A stretch of DNA of 64,000 nucleotides, from assembly GCA_052087065.1 (NCBI GenBank), contig JBQGON010000001.1:8636-72635 (forward strand), given 5' to 3'. The notes under the pieces are model-generated. The model was given only the letters and a program-made list of their open reading frames with translations, was not told where the DNA came from and searched no databases. A program made the translations under genes and the position numbers. Shown here in pieces: positions 1 through 10,444 of the stretch. The stretch comes from Vibrio sp. GTDB taxonomy: Bacteria > Pseudomonadota > Gammaproteobacteria > Enterobacterales > Vibrionaceae. Position 1 is the stretch's first letter, and each line of letters begins with the position of its first letter.

Positions 1-476
1 GCGATTCAGTTCAGTTACATATTGAACAAGAAGTGTCGAATGTGCTTGGCGCCAATGGGGCGGTTGATGTCCGGTTTGCTAAACGTCAGCTCAACACGTC
101 CGTTATGGTCAAAGACGGACAAATGCTTGTGCTTGGCGGCTTAATTGATAACCGCACCGCTGAAAGTGAATCGAAAGTGCCATTGTTAGGTGACATTCCG
201 ATCATTGGTCAGTTATTCCGCTCAACCAGTTCACAGTCAGAAAAGAAAAATTTAATGGTTTTCATTAAGCCGACAATTTTACGTAATGGCATGACGGCTG
301 ACGGTGTGACTCAGCGTAAGTACAACTATATTCGTGCCGAGCAACTGTATAAGTCGCAACAAGGCATGAAGCTGATGGACGATGCGAATATTCCTGTTTT
401 GCCGAAGTTTGGCAATGACCGCCAACATGCGGCGGAGCTGCAAGCCTTTATTGATCAAGTGGAAGAGAATAAATAA
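1..476 (+). CDS. gspD: Type II secretion secretin D, C-terminal fragment (gene begins before the window)
   Basis: Secretin C-terminal motifs ([41 protein letters not shown]); frame open from the window edge; immediately upstream of gspE. Confidence 0.95.
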   Translation, partial: DSVQLHIEQEVSNVLGANGAVDVRFAKRQLNTSVMVKDGQMLVLGGLIDNRTAESESKVPLLGDIPIIGQLFRSTSSQSEKKNLMVFIKPTILRNGMTADGVTQRKYNYIRAEQLYKSQQGMKLMDDANIPVLPKFGNDRQHAAELQAFIDQVEENK

Positions 477-1987
477 TGAGTGAGATCGTCGCGGACGACG
501 TCACTCATCCAGTGCTCCGTCGTTTACCATTCAGTTTTGCCAATCGCTTTAATGTGGTGTTGGAGTGGGATGCTAATTTCTCTCAGTGCCACCTTTATTA
601 CGTGCCGCCGATCCCCATCGCGGCCTTGATGGAGGTGAAGCGTGTCGCTAAGACCGCATTTGTCTTACATGCGCTCTCTAGCGAGGAGTTTGAAAGCAAA
701 CTGACCGTGGTTTATCAACGGGATTCGTCAGAAGCTCGCCAGTTGATGGAAACGATCGGTATCGAAAGTGATGACTTTTTCTCATTAGCCGAAGAGCTTC
801 CGCAAAGCGAAGATTTACTCGAATCAGAAGATGATGCGCCTATTATCAAACTGATTAATGCCATGCTGGGTGAAGCGATTAAAGAGGGGGCGTCTGATAT
901 TCATATTGAGACGTTCGAGAAGGTATTATCGATTCGTTTCCGTGTGGATGGTGTGTTACGTGAAGTGCTTGAACCCAGCCGTAAACTGGCGCCTTTATTA
1001 GTGTCACGCGTCAAAGTCATGTCGAAAATGGATATAGCGGAAAAACGGGTCCCTCAAGATGGCCGTATTTCACTGCGCATCGGTGGGCGAGCGGTGGATG
1101 TCCGTGTCTCAACGATGCCGTCTTCTCATGGTGAACGTGTGGTGATGCGTTTATTGGACAAAAATGCCACCCAGTTGGATTTATTCAGCTTGGGGATGAA
1201 TGATGTTGTGCATAAACGTTTTCAAAAATTGATTGCACGGCCGCATGGCGTGTTATTGGTGACTGGCCCAACGGGCTCCGGTAAATCGACAACTTTGTAC
1301 GCCGGCTTACAAGAGCTTAATAGTTCAGAGCGCAACATTCTCACGGTTGAAGATCCCATTGAATTTGATATTGCCGGTATTGGACAAACACAGGTCAACC
1401 CCAAAGTAGACATGACCTTTGCTCGTGGTTTGCGTGCCATCTTACGTCAGGATCCGGATGTGGTCATGGTCGGGGAAATTCGTGATTTAGAGACCGCGCA
1501 AATTGCTGTGCAGGCTTCGTTAACCGGACACTTGGTGATGTCTACACTGCATACCAATACGGCGATTGGTGCTGTAACGCGTATGCGTGATATGGGCATT
1601 GAACCTTTTTTAATTTCTTCATCGTTATTGGGGGTTCTGGCGCAGCGCTTGGTGCGGACACTGTGCGTCCATTGCCGAGAACCTTATGAAGCCAATTCTG
1701 AACAGAAAAAATATTTTGGCTTGAGCGAGCACGACGCTTGCACCTTGTATCGCCCTAATGGCTGTGAACACTGTAACCAAAAAGGTTATCAAGGACGAAC
1801 CGGTATTCATGAATTGCTTGTTGTTGATGAAAATGTACAAACACTGATTCATAAAGAAGCGGGCGAGCAAGAAATCGAAAGTGCGATTCGAACCCACACC
1901 CCAAGTATTCGTCAAGATGGTTTGGATAAAGTGCGCCAAGGTATCACATCACTTGAAGAAGTGATGCGAGTGACTAAGGAGTCGTAA
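476..1987 (+). CDS. gspE: Type II secretion ATPase E
   Basis: Walker [31 protein letters not shown], tetracysteine CVHC...CEHC. Confidence 0.97.
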   Translation: MSEIVADDVTHPVLRRLPFSFANRFNVVLEWDANFSQCHLYYVPPIPIAALMEVKRVAKTAFVLHALSSEEFESKLTVVYQRDSSEARQLMETIGIESDDFFSLAEELPQSEDLLESEDDAPIIKLINAMLGEAIKEGASDIHIETFEKVLSIRFRVDGVLREVLEPSRKLAPLLVSRVKVMSKMDIAEKRVPQDGRISLRIGGRAVDVRVSTMPSSHGERVVMRLLDKNATQLDLFSLGMNDVVHKRFQKLIARPHGVLLVTGPTGSGKSTTLYAGLQELNSSERNILTVEDPIEFDIAGIGQTQVNPKVDMTFARGLRAILRQDPDVVMVGEIRDLETAQIAVQASLTGHLVMSTLHTNTAIGAVTRMRDMGIEPFLISSSLLGVLAQRLVRTLCVHCREPYEANSEQKKYFGLSEHDACTLYRPNGCEHCNQKGYQGRTGIHELLVVDENVQTLIHKEAGEQEIESAIRTHTPSIRQDGLDKVRQGITSLEEVMRVTKES

Positions 1988-3216
1988 TGGCGGCATTTGA
2001 TTATAAAGCACTCGATAAATCAGGCCGCCGCAAGAAGGGCGTCATTGAAGGTGATAATGCGCGCCAAGTCAGGCAGCGTTTGAAAGAGCAAGGGTTGATA
2101 CCGATTGATGTGATTGAAAATCGGGGTAAGCGCTCGGCGGGTGCCAGTGCCGCGCAACCGGCTTTTACCTTGCAACGAGGTATCAGTACTCCTGATTTAG
2201 CACTGATTACGCGGCAACTTTCCACATTAGTCCAGTCGGGGATGCCATTAGAAGAATGTTTGCGCGCTGTCTCTGAGCAATCAGAAAAGCCTCGTATTCG
2301 CTCAATGATGGCGGCAGTGCGCTCCAAAGTGACCGAGGGCTATACCTTAGCGGATAGTTTTGGCGATTACCCCCACATCTTCGATGAATTATTCCGCTCT
2401 ATGGTGTCGGCAGGAGAAAAGTCGGGCCACCTTGATACGGTGTTGGCGCGCTTGGCTGACTATGCCGAAAATCGCCAAAAAATGCGTTCTAAGTTACTGC
2501 AAGCAATGATTTACCCGGTGGTGCTAGTGGTTTTTGCTGTTGCGATTGTCTCGTTTTTGCTGGCCGCCGTGGTACCGAAAATTGTCGGTCAATTTGTGCA
2601 AATGGGGCAAGGGCTACCACGGTCGACAGAAATTTTATTAGCCGCCAGTGGGTTCATTCAGCAGTGGGGCATCGCGATTTTAGTTTTGTTTGTTGTCGGT
2701 ACTTTTGTCACACGCCGTTTACTCGGTCAGCCGAACATACGTTTGAAGTGGGATGAAAAAGTTATTTCTTTACCGATTATCGGCAAAATTGCGCGTGGCT
2801 TAAATACCTCGCGTTTTGCGCGCACGCTAGCGATTTGTACCTCAAGTGCCATTCCCATTTTGGATGGAATGCATGTCGCGGTCGACGTGATGAGCAACCG
2901 CTTTGTTAAACAAAAAGTGCGCGAGGCGGCCGAAAACATTCGCGAAGGCGCAAGCTTGCGTAAGTCACTCGATCAAACGCATCTTTTCCCACCGATGATG
3001 CTGCATATGATTTCCAGTGGTGAACAAAGCGGCGAATTAGAGGCCATGCTCACTCGAGCCGCGGATAACCAAGATGAAAACTTTGAATCTGCAATTAATA
3101 TTGCTTTGGGCGTGTTTACCCCAGCGTTAATCGCATTGATGGCGGGGTTGGTGTTGTTTATTGTCATGGCAACGCTGATGCCGATTTTAGAAATGAATAA
3201 CTTAGTAAGTCAGTAA
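1987..3216 (+). CDS. gspF: Type II secretion inner-membrane platform protein F
   Basis: GspF/PilC repeats (AGEKSGHLD, SGEQSGELE), three TM segments, operon position. Confidence 0.96.
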   Translation: MAAFDYKALDKSGRRKKGVIEGDNARQVRQRLKEQGLIPIDVIENRGKRSAGASAAQPAFTLQRGISTPDLALITRQLSTLVQSGMPLEECLRAVSEQSEKPRIRSMMAAVRSKVTEGYTLADSFGDYPHIFDELFRSMVSAGEKSGHLDTVLARLADYAENRQKMRSKLLQAMIYPVVLVVFAVAIVSFLLAAVVPKIVGQFVQMGQGLPRSTEILLAASGFIQQWGIAILVLFVVGTFVTRRLLGQPNIRLKWDEKVISLPIIGKIARGLNTSRFARTLAICTSSAIPILDGMHVAVDVMSNRFVKQKVREAAENIREGASLRKSLDQTHLFPPMMLHMISSGEQSGELEAMLTRAADNQDENFESAINIALGVFTPALIALMAGLVLFIVMATLMPILEMNNLVSQ

Positions 3217-3257
3217 GTGTGCTTGAATCGTTCAAGGCGCCTATTAATGGAGTGATT

Positions 3258-3704
3258 ATGAAACACAGAACAGCAGTGAAGCAATCAGGTTTTACCCTTT
3301 TAGAAGTTATGGTTGTGGTTGTTATTTTGGGTATTTTGGCGAGTGTGGTTGTTCCTAACCTTTTGGGAAACAAAGAAAAAGCGGACCAACAAAAAGCAAT
3401 TACTGACATTGTTGCCTTAGAAAATGCGTTGGATATGTACAAACTTGATAACAGTGTTTATCCGACGACAGATCAAGGCTTAGATGCATTGGTTAAAAAG
3501 CCCAGCAGCCCAGAGCCGCGCAATTACCGTTCTGGTGGTTATATTAAGCGTCTTCCTCAAGACCCGTGGGGCAATGACTATCAATACTTGAGCCCAGGTG
3601 ATAAAGGCACTATCGATGTATTCACATTGGGTGCCGATGGTCAAGAAGGCGGAGATGGCATCAATTCTGATATTGGTAACTGGAATATTCAAGATTATCA
3701 ATAA
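3258..3704 (+). CDS. gspG: Type II secretion major pseudopilin G
   Basis: Prepilin site SG|FTLLEVMVVVVILG; LDMYKLDNSVYPTTDQGL and DPWGNDYQY motifs; ATG at 3258 after GGAG. Confidence 0.97.
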   Translation: MKHRTAVKQSGFTLLEVMVVVVILGILASVVVPNLLGNKEKADQQKAITDIVALENALDMYKLDNSVYPTTDQGLDALVKKPSSPEPRNYRSGGYIKRLPQDPWGNDYQYLSPGDKGTIDVFTLGADGQEGGDGINSDIGNWNIQDYQ

Positions 3705-3710
3705 AGTGCA

Positions 3711-3731
3711 GGGGCGAGTGCCACTCGCCCC
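3711..3731 (+). other. GC-rich hairpin between gspG and gspH
   Basis: GGGGCGAGT-gcc-ACTCGCCCC perfect 9-bp inverted repeat with no U-tract. Confidence 0.6.
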
Positions 3732-3741
3732 CAATATAACG

Positions 3742-4332
3742 ATGCGAGCAGAACGTGGATTTACCCTGATTGAGATTATGCTGGTGCTGGTGTTGTTAGC
3801 GCTGAGCTCGGTCGCGGTAATTTCAACGCTTCCCAGTAGTCAAAGCGACTTGGCTGAAACGACCGCACGCCGCTTTTATCAGCATATGCAGTTGATGAAT
3901 GAAGAGTCGGTTCTCTCTGGCGTGGATTATGGTTTACGCGTTGAGGCGGCCGCGACACCACCGACGTTAACTTTTCTAGAGTTAACCGCTAAAGGATGGG
4001 AACAGGTTAAGCGTCCGCAGTTTTCAGCACGTCTCACCCTTGATGAACGCCTTAGTATGGATTTTCATGTCGGGGGGAGTGCTTGGAGTCAAGATGATGA
4101 CCGGCTATTTGAAGACAAGCCGCTCTTTGATGAAAATATGTTTGCCAAAGAAGAGCAAAAAGCACAACAGCAGCCAGCGCCACAAGTTGACATCCTTTCT
4201 AGTGGGGAAACCACGCCTTTTACCGTCAGTTTTTATCTTACGGAACAAGATGAGCAACAGGCTTGGCGTGTCGAAGTAAAAGAGAACGGTCAGATAGTAT
4301 TGCATCCACCGGGAGAGGGTCGGAATGAATAA
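3742..4332 (+). CDS. gspH: Type II secretion minor pseudopilin H
   Basis: RG|FTLIEIML prepilin motif; start placed at ATG 3742 rather than the ORF-track start 3598. Confidence 0.93.
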   Translation: MRAERGFTLIEIMLVLVLLALSSVAVISTLPSSQSDLAETTARRFYQHMQLMNEESVLSGVDYGLRVEAAATPPTLTFLELTAKGWEQVKRPQFSARLTLDERLSMDFHVGGSAWSQDDDRLFEDKPLFDENMFAKEEQKAQQQPAPQVDILSSGETTPFTVSFYLTEQDEQQAWRVEVKENGQIVLHPPGEGRNE

Positions 4333-4684
4333 GCGATACACTCGCGGTTTTACGCTACTAGAAGTGTTGGTGGCATTAGCCATTTTTGCTATTGCGGCGA
4401 TTAGCATCATGCGCTCGGTGACTCAGCATATTAATACACTCAATTATCTTGAAGAAAAAATGTTTGCTTCGATGGTTGCCGATAATCAAATGGCGAATAC
4501 GCTACTGCTTAAGCCGCCATTAACAGCACGTGCTGGAACATCAAAGATGGCGCATCAGAGTTGGTATTGGAAAGTCAAACCGGTCAAAACGGCGAATGAT
4601 GCCTTACAAGCATTCGACGTTATGGTTGCGAAAGATAAAAAATCTAGTCCTATAGTCACGGTACGCAGTTATGTTGCCAATTAG
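4325..4684 (+). CDS. gspI: Type II secretion minor pseudopilin I
   Basis: RG|FTLLEVLVALAIFA prepilin motif, operon order. Confidence 0.94.
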   Translation: MNKRYTRGFTLLEVLVALAIFAIAAISIMRSVTQHINTLNYLEEKMFASMVADNQMANTLLLKPPLTARAGTSKMAHQSWYWKVKPVKTANDALQAFDVMVAKDKKSSPIVTVRSYVAN

Positions 4685-5375
4685 ATCTCAGCCAGGTCAT
4701 CCGTCGGGGTTCCGTCTCAAGCGCAAGCAAGCGGGGTTTACCTTGATCGAAGTGCTGGTGGCGATGGCCATTTTCGCCAGTATGAGTATCGCCGCATATC
4801 AAGTGCTTAATCAGGTGCAGCGCAGTAATGAAGCGTCCCAAGAACGTACCGAGCGTATCAGTCGATTGCAGCGCGCCATCGTCATAATGGATGCAGATTT
4901 TAGGCAAATGGCGAATCGACGGTTTCGGACCAATGGACAAGCGCCAAGTAAGAGTCCGCTACTGTATAAAAATTATCTGCTGGACTCGGACAGTTACGGC
5001 GTGATGTTCACACGGCTCGGCTGGGCGAATCCTCAAGAGCGTTTTCCTCGTGGCCAAGTCGCTAAGATTGGTTATCGTCTCAAAGACGATGTTTTAGAAC
5101 GAGTATGGTGGCGTTACCCCGATACAGTAAGAGCCGATGCTGGGGTGTCTCAACCTCTTTTGACGGGGGTTACTTCTTGGTCGCTGAGCTTTTATACCAA
5201 GAAAAAGTGGACCGACGAATGGGAAAGTAATACCGATCTGCCACAAGCAGTGAAAGTCACGATAGTCTTGAAAGATTATGGGAAAATCACCCGAACGTAT
5301 CTCATTGCACATGAGGCGACTAAGAAAAATGAACGCGAGGCGAAGGTAGCTGCAGGAGTCGACAATGAGAAATAA
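4671..5375 (+). CDS. gspJ: Type II secretion minor pseudopilin J
   Basis: AG|FTLIEVLVAMAIFA; GWANPQERFPR and WPQAV-like (LPQAVKV) motifs. Confidence 0.94.
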   Translation: MLPIRSQPGHPSGFRLKRKQAGFTLIEVLVAMAIFASMSIAAYQVLNQVQRSNEASQERTERISRLQRAIVIMDADFRQMANRRFRTNGQAPSKSPLLYKNYLLDSDSYGVMFTRLGWANPQERFPRGQVAKIGYRLKDDVLERVWWRYPDTVRADAGVSQPLLTGVTSWSLSFYTKKKWTDEWESNTDLPQAVKVTIVLKDYGKITRTYLIAHEATKKNEREAKVAAGVDNEK

Positions 5376-6408
5376 ACATTCTCAACAAGGTGTGGCGCTT
5401 ATCGTCATACTGTTGATTGTCGCGATCATGGTCTCGTTGGCGGCGACGATGTCAGCACGAATGTTTACTCAGTTTCAGCGTGCTACGCATCAAATTAATT
5501 ATCAGCAAGCCTACTGGTACAGTATTGGTGTTGAAGGTTTGGCAACGTCTCTTTTAAAACAGACGCGTAAAAAAGACAGTAAAACGATTAATTTAAGCCA
5601 AGTGTGGGCGATTAAAGACCGGACTTTCCCGTTGGATTATGGCAGCGTGTCTGGACAGATTTACGATAAGCAAGCGTGTTTTAACTTAAATGTATTTTCT
5701 GGGCTGGTTAGTGCGCCCGGAGTCGCAGTTTCGCCGTATCCTGCGCAAGTGTTTACGAACTTATTGCAGTATTTGAATGTAGAAAGTAATAAAGCTGGTG
5801 TGATTACCGACTCCTTATGGGAATTTGTCGATACCAACGATACCGTGAATACCACGTATGGCATGGAAGACAGTTATTATGATTCATTGTCACCGGCCTA
5901 TTTACCACCGAATGGGATGATGGTGGATAGTAGCGAATTACGAGCGGTACAAGGTGTGAGCGGAAAAGTGATGGAGCAACTCAAGCCTTATGTTTGTGCG
6001 ATTCCGACCGCAGAATGGAAGCTCAATATTAATACCATTACGCAAAAACAAGCATTGTTACTGGTTGCGATGTTTAGCCCGAATTTAACCGAAGCTGACG
6101 CGAAAGCACTGATCAAAAATCGCCCGAAAAAAGGTTGGAGTAGTGTTGCTGATTTTATGAGTGAGCCGCAATTAGCGCGAAGTAGTCAATCGAATCGGCA
6201 ATCCAACGCTCCAAATGCCGCGACGAACGCGAATCAGTATTTAACAGTGAGTAGTCACTACTTTGAATTAGATGCGCAAGTCCTCGTCGATAAGTCACGA
6301 GTAAGAGTGCGCAGTTTGATCCACAACGAAGATAAAAGTAATGCTACGGTTATTCGCCGTCGCTATGGAGGAATCAGTGAACGAATTTTTGACCGTTCGA
6401 CTGAGTAG
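5365..6408 (+). CDS. gspK: Type II secretion minor pseudopilin K
   Basis: QG|VALIVILL N-terminus, CFNLN and LNINT motifs. Confidence 0.94.
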   Translation: MRNKHSQQGVALIVILLIVAIMVSLAATMSARMFTQFQRATHQINYQQAYWYSIGVEGLATSLLKQTRKKDSKTINLSQVWAIKDRTFPLDYGSVSGQIYDKQACFNLNVFSGLVSAPGVAVSPYPAQVFTNLLQYLNVESNKAGVITDSLWEFVDTNDTVNTTYGMEDSYYDSLSPAYLPPNGMMVDSSELRAVQGVSGKVMEQLKPYVCAIPTAEWKLNINTITQKQALLLVAMFSPNLTEADAKALIKNRPKKGWSSVADFMSEPQLARSSQSNRQSNAPNAATNANQYLTVSSHYFELDAQVLVDKSRVRVRSLIHNEDKSNATVIRRRYGGISERIFDRSTE

Positions 6409-7591
6409 TCAACTGGACGCGCCGATCGAATGGTTGGTGTGGTCGACAGAACAGCAAGACATTATTGCCAGCGGTGAACTATCGTCTCGTCAAGCGCTCA
6501 GCGATCTGGCTCCTTATGCCGAACAAAGGACGACGATTGTGTTGTTGTCGGCGAGTGATTTAGTGTTGACTCAGGTTGAGATTCCGGCTGGCGGCACACG
6601 CCAGTTTGAATCCATGTTGCCGTACTTACTGGAAGATGAAATTGCGCAAGATGTTGATGATCTGCATTTTACCGTGCTGAGTAAGCAACATGGAATCGCT
6701 CATGTCGCAGGGGTGGAGCGTCAATGGTTTGAGCAATGCCTAGCGGATTTTGACAACGCAGGTATTGAGATCAAGCGAGTGATGCCTGATGTATTGGCTC
6801 TGCCGACAGCGGAGACTCCCTTAGTCGCCGCTCAGCTAGGTGAGCATTGGCTGGTACGTAAAGGGTTGTGGAGTGGTATGGTGATGGCCGCCGACTGGTT
6901 ACCATTACTGGTTGAATCGGATTGGGTTCGTGAGGGGGAGGACTTTTTAGCGTTGACCTCCTATACGCCGCTACCGGCTTTAAGCCTACAAGAGACTCAG
7001 CCGTGGACGGTGCAGCCTGCCAATATGGTTATGCAAATGTTGACGCAAGGTGCGATTGCATCGCGCCTGACGCTACTCACGGGGCCATTTAAACCGAGCT
7101 CATCGTGGTTGAAGTACTGGCAAGTGTGGCGTTTACCTGCGTATTCAGCGGTCGCTGTATTGGTGTTATCTTTGGTATACAGTACGTTGCAGGCTAATCA
7201 CTATGAAGATCAGGCACAAGCCTATCGTCAGGAGAGTAAACGTATTTTTCGGACAGTGTTTCCGGATAAACATCGAATCCCTACCGTTAGTTACCTAAAA
7301 CGTCAGTTTACCAGTCAGTTGAATGTGCTCGCTGGCACGAGCTCTCAAGAGGGTGTGTTGACTTGGCTGCGTCAGTTACCCACAACGATAGGTAGCATTG
7401 ATGATATGAAGATCACCAGCCTCAAGTATGACGAGAATAAAAAATTGCTTAGAGTGGATGCGATCAGTAAAGACTTCCAAAGTTTTGAAAAAGCACGGGT
7501 AAAGCTTGAACAGTCGTTTCAGGTTGAGCAGGGTCAATTAAACAAAGACGGAGATACGGTTCTCGGCTCTTTTGTGCTGAAAGCGAAGTAG
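6377..7591 (+). CDS. gspL: Type II secretion protein L
   Basis: LPYLLEDEIAQDVDDLHF motif, single TM segment; GTG start at 6377 overlapping the end of gspK. Confidence 0.92.
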   Translation: MNEFLTVRLSSQLDAPIEWLVWSTEQQDIIASGELSSRQALSDLAPYAEQRTTIVLLSASDLVLTQVEIPAGGTRQFESMLPYLLEDEIAQDVDDLHFTVLSKQHGIAHVAGVERQWFEQCLADFDNAGIEIKRVMPDVLALPTAETPLVAAQLGEHWLVRKGLWSGMVMAADWLPLLVESDWVREGEDFLALTSYTPLPALSLQETQPWTVQPANMVMQMLTQGAIASRLTLLTGPFKPSSSWLKYWQVWRLPAYSAVAVLVLSLVYSTLQANHYEDQAQAYRQESKRIFRTVFPDKHRIPTVSYLKRQFTSQLNVLAGTSSQEGVLTWLRQLPTTIGSIDDMKITSLKYDENKKLLRVDAISKDFQSFEKARVKLEQSFQVEQGQLNKDGDTVLGSFVLKAK

Positions 7592-7600
7592 GAGCAACGG

Positions 7601-8110
7601 ATGGCAAATCTAATCGGACCGTTACGCGGACAATTGAAGCAGTGGTGGAATTCCATTACACCACGAGAGCAGCGACTGGTTAGCGTGGCAGCACTATGTC
7701 TGGTCGTGGGGATTGTATACTGGGGATTCTATCAGCCGCTCAATCAGCGCATAGCTTATGCGCAAGCTCGCGTTCATTCTGAAAAGCAGCTCTTAACGTG
7801 GGTCTCTGAAAAAGCCGACCACATTGTAGCACTGCGTAAGCAGGGCGGAAGAAGTACTACGTTGGAACCTTTAAATCGTGTGGTCGCAAATTCTTCCAGC
7901 GAGTTTAAGATTCGCTTAATCCGAGTGCAGCCTCGGGGCAATGAAAAAATGCAGGTATGGATTCAGCCACTCCCATTTTCACAATTGCTTAATTGGATTG
8001 CTTTCTTGAAAGAAAAACAAGGTATCACGGTCGAATATCTCGATATTGATAAAGGGTCAGTACCTGGGGTGGTCGAAGTGAAACGCTTACAATTGAAGCG
8101 GGGTGCTTAG
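7601..8110 (+). CDS. gspM: Type II secretion protein M
   Basis: WWNSITPREQRLV, one TM segment, PLPFSQLLNWI. Confidence 0.92.
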   Translation: MANLIGPLRGQLKQWWNSITPREQRLVSVAALCLVVGIVYWGFYQPLNQRIAYAQARVHSEKQLLTWVSEKADHIVALRKQGGRSTTLEPLNRVVANSSSEFKIRLIRVQPRGNEKMQVWIQPLPFSQLLNWIAFLKEKQGITVEYLDIDKGSVPGVVEVKRLQLKRGA

Positions 8111-8870
8111 CGTGAAAGCAAAAACTCTTTGGATCGCGTTATTTGTCGGTGTTTTCATCGTCAGTATGATTGCCCACCTGCCAGCCGCGTTTGTGTTAAA
8201 GCATGCGCCAATACCAAGACAGCTTCAAATTGCTGGGGTGAGTGGTAGTCTATGGAATGGTCGCGCAACGCAGGTACATTGGCAAAATCAAGGACTAGGC
8301 GAGCTGAGCTGGCGGGTCAACACCGCGGCTTTATTCACTGGGCATATTGAAGCCGAGGTGCGGGTGGGGCGCGGTAGCACCCTACGGTTACATGGACGAG
8401 GTGTTGTGGGATATGGGTTTGACGGCGTTTATGCCAACAACGTTATTGCATCATTACCCGCAAGCCAAGTACTGCAATATAGTCCACAGGCCGTGCCTTT
8501 TACTGTGCAGGGGCAAGTTGAACTGTCATTGAAAGAATTTCATTACGCCAAGCCTTGGTGTCAAAGTGCCAGTGGTAGCCTTGTATGGTCGAGAGCCTCG
8601 CTGGAGACTCCGGTTAGTCCACTGAAATTGGATCAGGTGTTGGCTCAGCTTCGCTGTGTTGATAACACTATTTCGGTTGATGGCCAGCAAAAAAGTGCTC
8701 AAGTGAGCAGCGAATTTTCCACTACCTTGGATAAATCCTCGCGCTATCAAGCGAAATCATGGTTCCGACCTGAGGCGCAATTCCCCGCAGAGTTAGGTAA
8801 ATGGCTCGATCGCCTGCCAACACCGGACGGCCAAGGTCGCTATCACTTTACTCGTGCTGGGCAATTATAA
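8103..8870 (+). CDS. gspN: Type II secretion protein N
   Basis: AHLPAAFVL...GSLWNG motif; last gene of the operon. Confidence 0.9.
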   Translation: MLSVKAKTLWIALFVGVFIVSMIAHLPAAFVLKHAPIPRQLQIAGVSGSLWNGRATQVHWQNQGLGELSWRVNTAALFTGHIEAEVRVGRGSTLRLHGRGVVGYGFDGVYANNVIASLPASQVLQYSPQAVPFTVQGQVELSLKEFHYAKPWCQSASGSLVWSRASLETPVSPLKLDQVLAQLRCVDNTISVDGQQKSAQVSSEFSTTLDKSSRYQAKSWFRPEAQFPAELGKWLDRLPTPDGQGRYHFTRAGQL

Positions 8871-8890
8871 CAGCGCCAGCATGGAGCAAT

Positions 8891-8922
8891 AAAAAAGGAA
8901 AGCCAATGGGCTTTCCTTTTTT
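8891..8922. terminator. Bidirectional intrinsic terminator between gspN and cysQ
   Basis: AAAAAAGGAAAGCC-aatg-GGCTTTCCTTTTTT. Confidence 0.85.
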
Positions 8923-8939
8923 GAGTGACAACTCATGAA

Positions 8940-9767
8940 CTAACACGCCCGATTGAGGATTTGGCTCCATGGCAGCGAGTGATCCCCTAAGACAATAAAG
9001 TTAGGGTTTTCTAAGGTATCTCGCTCGTTATAGGAGAGGGGACTGAGGTAGGTATTCAAAATTCTGCCACCCGCTTCTTCTACAATACATTGGGTCGCCG
9101 CGGTATCCCACTCACCCGTTGGTCCTAAGCGCAAATAGCAATCCACGGCACCTTCTGCGACTAAACACGCTTTTAGCGCTGCAGAGCCCAGTGGCACCAA
9201 ATCATAGTTCCAGCTGTCACTGAGTTTATCGGTAATACGATTGATGTTTTGGCGACGACTGATGGCAATCGCTATCGATTGATTCGGCGTTTCATGCTGA
9301 TGGGTTTGGATGCGAATATTGTCTGACATATCCGGTATTTTCCACGCTCCCTTACCCGAATAAGCATAATAGGTCACGCCAGATACTGGGCCGTAGACCA
9401 CGCCCATTACCGGTTGATTATGTTCGACAAGAGCGATCACGGTGGCAAAATCGCCACTGCGAGCGATAAATTCTTGCGTACCATCCAGCGGGTCGACTAA
9501 CCAATAGCGATCCCATGTTTCCCGTGTTTCCAGATCGATATTCGCCGCTTCTTCTGACAGCACCGGAATATCGGGCGTCAGTTCTTGGAGTTTTTCGACG
9601 ATCAGCTTATGCGCGGCATAGTCAGCACTGGTTACGGGTGTATCGTCACTCTTCATAAATGCTTCGTAGTCGTGGTTTTCATAAATGTCGAGAATGACTT
9701 GCCCTGCAGAGCGCGCTATCGCAATAACATCAGGAAGCAAATGAGAAAGATCTTTTGCAGTCGGCAT
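8940..9767 (-). CDS. cysQ: 3'(2'),5'-bisphosphate nucleotidase
   Basis: WLVDPLDGTQEF and WDTAA inositol-monophosphatase family motifs; next to nudE. Confidence 0.93.
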   Translation of the reverse strand: MPTAKDLSHLLPDVIAIARSAGQVILDIYENHDYEAFMKSDDTPVTSADYAAHKLIVEKLQELTPDIPVLSEEAANIDLETRETWDRYWLVDPLDGTQEFIARSGDFATVIALVEHNQPVMGVVYGPVSGVTYYAYSGKGAWKIPDMSDNIRIQTHQHETPNQSIAIAISRRQNINRITDKLSDSWNYDLVPLGSAALKACLVAEGAVDCYLRLGPTGEWDTAATQCIVEEAGGRILNTYLSPLSYNERDTLENPNFIVLGDHSLPWSQILNRAC

Positions 9768-9794
9768 ACAAGATATTCCTATTTATGTCAGAGA

Positions 9795-10352
9795 TTAAGC
9801 CTCAGGAGTGTTCAGCACTCTCAAGGCAAGCATTAAGGCGGTAATGCAGCGAGCTTCACTAAAATCAAGGTGGGTGAGTAGCTCTTCTGCTTGGCTTAAT
9901 GGCCAGCGAACGATATCGAGAGGTTCTGGCTCATCGCCTTCCAACTTTTCTGAGTATAGATCTTCTGCGATGAAAAGTGTCATACGACTGGAAAAATACG
10001 ATGGGGCAAGAATCACTTCTTTTAACATGGTCAACTTGTTGGCGCCAAAACCGATTTCTTCTTTGAGTTCTCGCACTGCTGCCAGTTCCGGTGTTTCTCC
10101 AGGATCGATTAACCCTTTAGGAAAACCCAATTCATAGTTTTCTGTACCTGCCGCATATTCTCGTACCAATAATAAATCGCCAGTTGAGGTGACGGGCACC
10201 ATCATCACTGCATTGCGTCCGCTCGGCTTCATACGTTCATAAGTACGTTTCACGCCATTAGAAAAACATAAATCGAGCGATTCAATCGCAAAAAGTGTTG
10301 AGCGGGCAACGGTGTCTTTAGCGAGAATTTTGGGAGGATGTTTCACGGCCAT
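9795..10352 (-). CDS. nudE: ADP compounds hydrolase (Nudix)
   Basis: Nudix box KGLIDPGETPELAAVRELKEEIG; LEGDEPEPL. Confidence 0.93.
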   Translation of the reverse strand: MAVKHPPKILAKDTVARSTLFAIESLDLCFSNGVKRTYERMKPSGRNAVMMVPVTSTGDLLLVREYAAGTENYELGFPKGLIDPGETPELAAVRELKEEIGFGANKLTMLKEVILAPSYFSSRMTLFIAEDLYSEKLEGDEPEPLDIVRWPLSQAEELLTHLDFSEARCITALMLALRVLNTPEA

Positions 10353-10405
10353 AGCGGTATCCTAATCGAATTGGTATTAACGGAATGCACAAAGCTGCGG
10401 AGAAG

Positions 10406-10437
10406 AAAAAAGCTGATGATAACACATCAGCTTTTTT
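10406..10437. terminator. Intrinsic terminator downstream of nfuA
   Basis: AAAAAAGCTGATG-ataaca-CATCAGCTTTTTT. Confidence 0.75.
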
Positions 10438-10444
10438 AGCGATT

